This document shows, one piece after another, positions 55,091 through 64,000 of a DNA stretch of 64,000 nt. The first letter of the stretch is position 1; each line of letters starts with the position of its first letter. A program made the translations under genes and the position numbers. The stretch is from assembly GCA_951406725.2 (NCBI GenBank), contig OX597815.1, forward strand, positions 130,820,001 to 130,884,000, given 5' to 3'. Under the pieces are notes generated by a model. The model was not told the origin of the DNA, did no database searches, and was given only the letters and a program-made list of their open reading frames with translations. The DNA is from Octopus vulgaris. Its lineage: Eukaryota.

Positions 55091-55346
55091 AATAAATGCA
55101 CCCTTTTTAAAGCCTAGCCGGGCTCATGGGCCCAGTTTCCTGGTTTCAATGGCGTATGTTTTCCCCAGTTGGACGGGACGCCAATCCATCGCAGCATTAC
55201 TCATTTTTGCCTGCTGAGTGGACTGGAGCAACGCGAAATGAAGTGTTTTGCTCAAGAACACAACGTGTCGCCCGGTCCAGGAATTGAAACCACAATCTTA
55301 TGAACATGATGCTAACACCCTAACCACTAAGCCACACGCCTCCACA
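55091..55346 (-). mobile_element. tRNA-SINE with GCTCCAGTCCACTCAGC..AAAATGAGTA central domain
   Basis: A box TGGCTTAGTGG, B-box-like GGTTTCAATTCC; shares a tail with the adjacent SINE. Related pieces at about 21120-21330, 45230-45385, 45880-46200. Confidence 0.8.
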
Positions 55347-55940
55347 AGCAGTGGCAGTGGAAACAGTGACATTGGCGATGACTTCATCATTATCATTATC
55401 ATCACTGTCATCATTGTCATAATCCTTCTCATTTTACTTTTCCTTATTCTCCTCACCATCACCAGAGTTTTACATCCATTTTTTTATGCTGGCATGTGTC
55501 AGATTGATTATTTGAGGCAGTGTTATATGGCCTAACGTCCTTCGTCACCAACCCTTTTACTCACCTCTTTAGACATTCCAGGGTGCAGTGCACTAATTCT
55601 AAAACCAGGATGCACACAGTAACCAAATGACAACTTATATAGGCACAAAGAAAAGGGAAAAGTCCATCCTAGCACTTGATTCATACTTTCTTTTATCAAT
55701 ACCAGGAGGATGAAGAGCAAAGATAACCTTGATGAAATTTTTTTTGTATGGGGAATCTCTACAACCCTGGGATTGGCTAGGTGAACTATACTAGTTAGTA
55801 TAAATGAGCATGCACAGAACAGTCTGGGGAGAGTGTCATATGCACAGTCGTAGTGTACGGGTCGTAGGAATTATTGAATAGAGATATCATGGAGTGCGTG
55901 TTGAAAATATACAGTTGGAGAGTAGTAAGCAAACAGGAAC

Positions 55941-58000
55941 GTTATTTACATTATTTACATTTGACGGATGTTTGTCCTTATCTTGTTTGTTGTTAACTAG
56001 GCCTCGAAACCGGTTTTCTATTATGATCAGTAAAACCGAAACGGATTTGCCAAAACGGTTTTAATGCTTGCTGTTTCTATTTTTTTTCGCAAAACATTTC
56101 TCCATTTTTTCTTTTGAAGAAATATCGTTGAAACTGAACTAACTGAACTGTTGTCGATTGCCTTTGGTTGAGAGTGCTGTCTGTTTCATTGAAACACATC
56201 GCAACATATCAATTCTCATCTTCTCTCCCCTTGAGCCTTAGATCAGCACCTTGTCATTTCCTTTGCTAACCCCTGACTGACTCTTTGAATTTGGAGGTAA
56301 CAGAGTTTATTCATAGCAAGTCAAGGGAATACTGTTAGTCTTCAGTCAGGTGATCTTTCCTGTTGAGCATATGTAATAACCAGTTCCAGATTCATTTCAA
56401 GGAAGTAACACTAACTAAATTTTTTTAAAATTATTTTCATTAGCCTAGCATGATAAAAAGAAAATCAACTGTTTGGAATTTTTTCGATTGGAAAAACAAA
56501 GATGAAGCTCAATGCAACAAGTGTGATAAGATCATGAAGCCTTCTGGAGGATCTATTACGTCTCTGATCTTGCACTTGAAGAAAATTCATCAAATTGACA
56601 TAAATCAAGATGCAAACCAGCCTCCTGTGGAAATGACAAGAACAATGGAACACTTTTTAACAAAGAAATCAATGGAAGAAGTTTCAAAGTTAGCTGCTAT
56701 GGATGGATTCTCTTTCAATTCAATTGCTAAAAGTGATTTTATACAGAGAAATCTTCATAGTCAGAGAAGCAAATATGATAAATTACAACCAACATCTGCA
56801 ATCAGAGTCAGGAATATAGTAATGAATATTCTATAGAATTTTTATTGAATAAACTTAATATCGTTGGCAACCCTTTGACTCTAAATCTTCATGAAAAACT
56901 TATGTATAGATATAATAAAAGAAGAAATGTCGAAACCTTGACTCTCTTGAGGTACTTACATAACCCAAGGAAGTTTAAAGGTGAATCAATTTCTGGACCT
57001 TTTCTTTTTTTAATGAAACAGCATTTGAGGAAGTATTCTGAACAAACATATAGGAGATTATTTCCTGAACATGACGCTGAGAACACAACAGAATTATACA
57101 AAGAAAATGAAATAGGAGGGAACCTAAAAACAAACATTACTGTTGTCTCATCTACTTACGAAGGTAATGAACCCATGCGTGAATACACAAGCGCAATGAA
57201 GAAAATGAATGAAGAGCCCAAGATAGTAACAGATGGATTTGAAATCTCTAAAGAATTCGAATATTTTGAAGCAACTTCGAACAGAAGTGAAAAGCTCGAG
57301 AAACTTTTATAGAGCATTGCTTACAACTAAGGCAACTAGTGTCCAGTCGGAAAGAGCTTTTTCAATTACTGGACTTTTCAACACAAAAATTAGGACAAGT
57401 TTGTCAGGTAAAACACTGAATGCATTGTGTCTTTTAAAAGATTATTTTCGAAGGAAAGTGAATCATCAAGAAAGTCAAAAAACTTGATTGATTCTCAAAA
57501 ATACAACTTGGGAAAACGTTGCATTCCTGATTAAATGAATATAATACCATTATTTTTTGTTATTGTTTGTACATAGATACAGATATAGGCACCATCAACA
57601 TATTTGTGGATATCAGTCAACCTGTTACTTTCTCTCTTTCTCTGTGTATGTATATAAACAAAATACAATATACGACAAATTTCTTCATCACAGGGACACC
57701 ACTCTAAATCTGTGAAAACCGGTTTTTAACCGGTTTTGAGAATTACTTATACTTAAACTCGGTTTTGAGAATTATCAGTTTTTGCAAGCCCTATTGTTAA
57801 CACAACATTTTGGCTGATATACCCTCCAGCCTCCATTAGGTGTCTTCGGGAAATTTCGAACTTGGGTTCTCGTTCCTAAGGTATTTGTTGATGTTATTAT
57901 TATTATTCAGGTCACTGGAATCGAACTCAGAATTTTGGGGTTAGTAGCCCACACTCTTAACCACTATGCCATATGCCCATGAGCATATGGTATAGTGGTT
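55941..58000 (-). mobile_element. Second copy of the hammerhead-bearing tRNA-SINE, split by the hAT insertion (55941-55997 plus 57794-58000)
   Basis: Both halves match 42004-42395; intact B box GAGTTCGATTCC; remnant GACAC-CTAATGG-A-GGCTG..CAGCC-AAAAT-GTT-GTGTT. Confidence 0.85.
55998..57793 (+). mobile_element. hAT transposon, internally deleted (BED finger and hATC dimerisation region retained)
   Basis: 8-bp TSD TTGTTAAC (55990-55997, 57794-57801); termini TAGGCCTCG / CAAGCCCTA; subterminal AAACCGGTTTT repeats. ORF 56450 has a BED finger (STVWNFF..AQCNKC..HLKKIH); ORF 57233 has ATSVQSERAFS..RTSLS..LNAL. Confidence 0.93.
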
Positions 58001-59809
58001 TTAGAATCAGTGCACTGCATCCTGGAATGTCAGGAACATTGATATTATAAAAGTTCAGATATAACAGTATGACAAGAAGTCATACATAATATCAAACTTG
58101 AACTTGGAAATTTAAGCTTTGCATTTTGTACGACACTAACAATTCTGCCAAAATAGGAAACATTCGACTACTTTTGTCACACCATTGTGCTTTTCAGTTG
58201 ATATTAGTTCTAAACACATTTACAAAGATATAGACTTATCATTTGGATTTAAGTGTTGAAAGTTGAATTTTTTTTCTAAGCTATAATCGCAAAAGCTATA
58301 CATGAATATTGAACATGTTATGGCTCACAATGAAGATTCTGACTTTTTTAACCTTTGAGAAAATGTTTCATAATTCCAATATTTTATATGTGTGGGTGAA
58401 TGGGCAGAGTAGTTAGAGTGTTGGATTGAATGCTTTGTTGTTTTCTCTCTAGTTCTCTGAGCCTTGAATTCAAATCCAACCAAGGTTGACTTTGCCTTTC
58501 ATCTTTTCAGGAGTTGATAAATCATTAACAATCCAGGGCAGTGGATTGACAGAACAGTAAGAACATTAGACTGGATGCCTTGTAGTATTTGTTCCAGCTC
58601 TTTGTATTCTGAATTTAAATCCCACCATGGTCAACGTGGGTGGTAAACTTAAAATATCACCTAGTTTAACAACAGTACCTGGTATCTTGTGAATCTTTAG
58701 CAGAGTCCACTCCATTGCATTCAGGACAGGTCACCTGTGAAATCTCTCAAGAGTACTACTGGTAATAGGGAATTCAGTACAACCTCTTGCATGGTCGAGT
58801 CATTAGGGACTAAGCCAGCACCCCCACTAACCTTACCTGGTGAGGAGGGTTGCTTGAAACCCAGCAGGACTAAAATGCACTTGTATACACTTATGTGCAG
58901 GTGTGGCTGTTTGGTTAAGAAGTTTGCTTCCTGATTACATGGTTTTGACCTCCGTCCCAGTGTGAGATACCTTGGGCAAGTGTCTTCTATGATAGTTCCA
59001 GGCCGGCAAAAGTAGATTTGGTAAAGAGAAATTGAAAGAAGCTTGTCATATATATAGATATATATGTGGCGTTAGGAAGAGCATCCAACTGTAGTAACTT
59101 TGCTTGATCAGATTGGAGCCTAGTAGCGCCTTCTGGTTTGCCAGTCCTCAGTCAAACCGTCCAACCCATGCCAGCATGGAAAGCAGACGTTAAACGATAA
59201 TGACAATGATGATCACATGCACACACACACACACACATACACACACTTACATACACACACACACACACACACACACGTGTGTGTATGTGTGTGTGTGTTT
59301 GTGTCACTTCTCTCACCGATGGCAAAAAAATATGATAGGACGAGTAGCCAACTTCAAAATAAGTACCGGGTTTGATTTGCTCGACAATACATTTCAAGGC
59401 AGTGCCCCAACATTGCCAGAGTCCAATGACTGAAATAATTAGAAGATAAAAGAAATCATATCACTTTAGATAGATCTTATAATATAAAGGATTTGTCCGT
59501 AGTTTACAACACTAAGAATATTTTAAGCTTTCTTCTACTTAGACATGGCTCATTAAAGTTTTGAATGTCTTTCTCGATTGCTTCATGCTAAAACAACATG
59601 TCTACATACTTCAGTATACATGTCTTGCTTTTTATTCTCTTCAATCTTATCATATTGTATTGGTGCTTCTTGTTGCCATTTGCTTTTATTAGATATGGGT
59701 GTGTCTGGATCTACTGAGACATTTTTCTTCCACCTGCAACTCCCCAAAAAAAAAAAAGAGATAAATCATTGATTTTGAAAGAAATCAATGCTTACTAGAT
59801 CTATTTACT

Positions 59810-60165
59810 TCTCTTCTTTGACATCCCGAAGACTAGGCCCCTGTGCAATGCGTCCCCTACAAAGGTCGAGATCAAATCACATAAGAAAAATTTTTTCACT
59901 GCAAATGGTCCTGCTGCTTTCAATGTTATTCTGAAAGAAATTAAAGTAGAAAAAGACCCCACAACTTTCAAATGGTACCTGGACAAATTCCTCCAGGAAA
60001 TACTGGATAAACCACCTACACCTGGATACATCTCAACCAACAACAACAACTCTCTGCTTGAGTGGTCCATGGTGTCCCGAAATGATTAACTAAAAGACTT
60101 TTCCAGGTGGTGCTATTGAGTTAGTCATGGCCTGGACCAATAATGGCTGAAACCAATCTCAGTTA
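59810..60165 (+). mobile_element. CR1/L2-group LINE 3' end
   Basis: Translates NFFTANGPAAFNVILKEIK..DPTTFKWYLDKFLQEILDKPPTPGY...NSLLEW, typical of the ORF2 C-terminus of this group. Confidence 0.6.
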
Positions 60166-61111
60166 TTTAAGTTACTAAAACTAGCTTTTATTATGTATCA
60201 TACATTGCATTGTGTCCTTAATTAAACCACTTTATTATTTAACCCTCTAGTTTTCAGATTACTCTATTAAATGCAATGCTTATTTAGTCACATTATTTTG
60301 AATTAATTATGCATTATCTCATAGCTTTGAGATTTCAATGATGTGATTGTTTATTTTTAGAATGACATTGTCGTATTAGTGTGGGAGACTGGATCTGGCC
60401 AGTTTAAATGGTTAATAACTCATGTATGTATCCACAGACATGAACAACATCACTTTCTCTCACTCTCTCCTCTCCCCCCTCTCTCTTGTTTCTCAATATT
60501 GAGCAAACAGAAAGGGCTTGACATATTAAATTCTTCACTCTTCAAGGCAATGGAACTTATCAAATCCTTTCATAAATTTTTCAATTTACAATGCAGTCTA
60601 TTTATCTTAAATGGATAGCATAAAAGAGATACAGTTATGGGCACACTGGGCAGGGGAAAAGGGCATAGTTCTAAGGGCCCATTCTAATCCATGTAGGCTA
60701 TGACTTGTGCCAATGAATAAAATGCATTAAATTTCCCAGCTGCCTATAATGCTGCTAAAATGGTCCTGGATGCAACCTCATGCTGTAGATAGCATGGGGA
60801 CCTGTGTATAAGGGATGATTAGTTCAATATGTAGTAGTCATTCATTGTTGTTGTTGTCATTGTTGTTTTAATGTCCATTTTTCCAAGCTTGCATGGGTCA
60901 GATATTTTTTTAATGACAGATTTTCTAAGGTTGGGTTCCTTTACTGCTGCCAACACTCACATATTTCTGAGAAAAGTAATATTTTCTTAAGGCCAGACAT
61001 GTTTTGGCAAAATACTTGAAATAAACAACAGGGACAATCATTTTACAACTATCACACAATGTCAAGATAAGCAGATACATATATACACTCACATTTACAC
61101 TTGTATACACA

Positions 61112-61154
<43 letters not shown>

Positions 61155-61269
61155 AGGGCATTATTACACATAAATGCTCACACTAGAGGGACAAAGTCAT
61201 TACTACCAAAAATTATACTAATCATACCAAATGCAGTTTTTCAAAGCAAGACATTTAAAAATGAATTAT

Positions 61270-61325
61270 GTTCTGTATCACCGTGATTTCACATACAACT
61301 TGCGTCTAATGATCGTCAGCAGAAC
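61270..61325 (-). ncRNA. Type I hammerhead ribozyme motif (left arm, mirror copy)
   Basis: Exact reverse complement of 61441-61496. Confidence 0.8.
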
Positions 61326-61440
61326 TGATTCTGAATACATCATAAATAAACTACCAACCTTACGTAGCGAAGACGAACAGACTGTCTGTTCGTCTTCGCT
61401 ACGTAAGGTTGGTAGTTTATTTATGATGTATTCAGAATCA

Positions 61441-61496
61441 GTTCTGCTGACGATCATTAGACGCAAGTTGTATGTGAAATCACGGTGATACAGAAC
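61441..61496 (+). ncRNA. Type I hammerhead ribozyme motif (right arm)
   Basis: Stem I GTTCTG/CAGAAC, core CTGACGA, imperfect stem II capped by GCAA, GAAA, stem III ATCAC/GTGAT, NUH = AUA; predicted cleavage after 61490. Confidence 0.8.
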
Positions 61497-61754
61497 ATAA
61501 TTCATTTTTAAATGTCTTGCTTTGAAAAACTGCATTTGGGTATGATTAGTATAATTTTTGGTAGTAATGACTTTGTCCCTCCTAGTGTGAGGCATTTATG
61601 TGTAATAATGCCCTCTATACAATATAGATATAATTAATTTGTTCAAAGGAAAAAAATTATTTTCGGATTCTTTTCTTTTATGAGGTTTTCACGCTAGCTA
61701 CCCGATAATTTCTTGTTAAGATCCCTTATTAAGAGATTATCCTTAATTGTTAAA

Positions 61755-61803
<49 letters not shown>

Positions 61804-61805
<2 letters not shown>

Positions 61806-63410
61806 CATCATCATCATCATCATTCGTTTAACGCCCACTTTCCATGCTAGCATGAGTTGGACGATTTGACTGAGGACTGGTGAACCAGATGGCTGCACTA
61901 GGTTCCAATCTGATCTGGCAAAGTTTCTACAGCTAGATGCCTTTCCTATTACCAACCACTCTGACAGTGTAGTAGGTACTTTTATGTGCCACTGGCACGA
62001 TGGCCAGTCAGGCAGTACTAGCAATGGCTATGCTCAAATGATGTTTTTTATGTACCACCTGCACAAGAGCCAATCCAGCGGCACTGGCAACGACCTCGCT
62101 TAAATGCTTTTTCATGTGCCACCAGCACAAGTGCCAGTAAGGTGATGCTGGTAAAGATCACGCTTGAATGATGCTTTTTACATGTCACCAGCACAGAAGC
62201 GAGTTAGCTGCTCTGGCAATGATCAAGCGTGGATGGTGCTCTTAGCACTCCACTAGCATGGACGCCAGTCATTGAATTTGATTTCAATTTTGATTCTGAT
62301 TTCACTTGCCTCAACAGGTTTTCACAAGCAGAGTTAAGTGTCCAATGAAGGAAAGGTATGCATAAGTGGACTGGTTACACCCCTGGCATAGGCCACGTGG
62401 TTATGGTCTCACTTGGCTTGCCGGGTCTTCTCAAGCACAGCATATTTCCAACGATCTCAGTCACTAGTCATTGCCTTGGTGAGGCCCAACGTTCGAAGGT
62501 CATGGCGCACCACCTCATCCTAAGTCTTTCTGGGTCTACCTCTTCCACAGGTTCCCTCAACCACTAGGGTTTGGCACTTTTCATACGGCTATCCTCATCT
62601 ATTCTTGTCACATGACCATACCAGCACAATCGTCTCTCTTGCACACCACATCTGATGCTTCTTAGGTCCAACTTTTCCCTCAAGGTACTTACACTCTGTC
62701 GAGTATGTACACTGACATTACACATCCATTGGAGCATACTGGCTTCATTCCTTGCGAGCTTACACATGTCCTCAGCAGTCACGACCCATGTTTCACTGCC
62801 ATGTAGCATGGCTGTTTGTACCCATGTGTCATACAATCTACCTTTTACTCTGAATGAGAGGCCCTTTGTCACCAGCATAGGTAAGAGCTCTCTGAACTTT
62901 GCCCAGGCTACTCTTATTCTAGCAGCTACACTTTCAGCGTACCCTCCCCTGCTACTGACTTGGTCACCTAGGTAACGGAAGCTATCAACTACTTCTAGTT
63001 TTTCTCCTTGGAATGTGGCAGAAGTTGTTCTCTGCACATTTCAGTGTTTATTGCTGCTGAGCATCTGCCACATGCAAAAACTATCTTCCCAGCTAGCCTT
63101 CCTTTAATATTGCTTCACCTCTCATGTGTCCATAGCATACACTGAGTACATCTTATAGAGTTTCTACCTACGCCTTTTCTACAGATCAAGCAGGGTCATC
63201 TACCTGAAAGGATTTGTGGTTTGCCTGCCTTCCTACTTAGTTGGACTTTGGTTTTAGCTAGGCTGACTCTAAGGCCCTTTGATTCTAATCCTTGTTTCCA
63301 CACTTGAAACTTCTCTTCTAGTTCTGATAGTGACTCAGCAACTAGAGCAAGGTCGTCAGCATAGAGGAGCTCCCAGGGGCATCCTGTCTTGCATTCCTCT
63401 GTTATTGCCT
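61804..63410 (-). mobile_element. RTE-clade LINE, 5'-truncated (same family as 30198-32497)
   Basis: GCPWELLYADDL, FRYLGD, LHGSETW; 3' UTR with 66-bp units and (GAT)n tail at 61804-61822. Confidence 0.95.
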
Positions 63411-63424
63411 GTCCTATATATATA

Positions 63425-63612
63425 GATAGATTAGTAGTCACTACACACATTCTTTTCTCTCCTTGTTTTTTTCTGAGTCCCTTTCTTTAGAAGAGCGTAG
63501 GCTCGAAACGTATAAAAGACTTTTCTATTTCTGAACATTATACAAATACATCTGTTTGTTTTGTACACCACCTGTCTTCGTCTTTTGTTTTTTTCGTGAA
63601 ATCTCCCTACAT
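63425..63612 (+). mobile_element. Short microsatellite-flanked element with a partial hammerhead (Penelope pLTR-like)
   Basis: Contains GAGC-GTAG-GCTC-GAAAC-GTA (63493-63512); ends CTCCCTAC into (TG)n and starts after (TA)n. Confidence 0.5.
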
Positions 63613-63750
63613 GTGTGTGTGTGTGTGTATGAATTTAAATAATAAAGATAAAAATTGATATTAATTAAATTAATATCAATTTAAACCAGTGGCCTGGCAT
63701 ATTGAAAAATATCTGAAGATTCAGAACGTTATATTACATATATATAAGGG

Positions 63751-63940
63751 GAATGACCACTAGGTGGATTCCTTAAATGCTAAAAGTAGCCACCATATGG
63801 TATGTGACTAATCACTATATTTTGTATCTTTTCATTTGTCTTGCTCACTTTTTGTTCTGGTGTTTACTGAAATTTCTTGAGAACAATTTTTCTTAGTGGT
63901 CAGACCTTTAGCATATTAGGAATCCACCTAGTGGTCATTC
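63751..63940. mobile_element. Inverted-repeat element embedded in (TA)n
   Basis: Perfect 23-bp IR GAATGACCACTAGGTGGATTCCT (63751-63773) / AGGAATCCACCTAGTGGTCATTC (63918-63940), extended by TGCTAAA/TTTAGCA. Confidence 0.75.
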
Positions 63941-64000
63941 TTATATGTATGTATACATATATATATATATATATGTGTGTGTATGTGTGTGTATGCGTGT

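Larger units (their letters stand above)
61151..61620. repeat. ~470-bp near-perfect palindrome (1-nt centre at 61383) beside a (TA)n tract
   Basis: Arms are exactly complementary over 61227-61382 / 61384-61539, with only a few 1-2 nt indels further out; identical ORF translations on both strands confirm the symmetry. Confidence 0.97.

Noticed and set aside
61231-61595. Twin ORFs on both strands
   Set aside because: A by-product of the palindrome; no protein similarity recognised.

Overview
AT-rich, repeat-saturated animal genomic DNA. The SINE, RTE and microsatellite families look like those of a coleoid cephalopod (Octopus-like); this is an inference. Almost all long ORFs in the track are microsatellite artefacts. 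I can support two host genes, arranged head-to-head. (i) The first coding exon of an endophilin-B (SH3GLB) gene lies on the minus strand (14097-14020, MDFDSVNAKMKKFALSAATALNRAVQ|GT); its first intron apparently runs off the window start. (ii) A plus-strand spliced gene has a first coding exon (ATG 28891) carrying a TCxxxxCQHPxCW motif like the N-terminus of C9orf43/DUF4647. The introns hold three RTE LINE copies (RT with an embedded PHD-type finger), two R4/Dong-like LINE remnants, RTEX-like and CR1-group fragments, internally deleted hAT, mariner and Tc1 transposons, hAT- and piggyBac-type MITEs and several tRNA-SINE families. The most unusual signal is a recurrent hammerhead-ribozyme theme. 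A ~470-bp near-perfect palindrome (61151-61620) carries a well-formed type I hammerhead in each arm. A tRNA-headed SINE (two copies) ends in a decayed minimal hammerhead and has an inverted 5' head. Several further minimal hammerhead remnants are scattered through the window. Together these point to non-autonomous, Penelope-like ribozyme retroelements.
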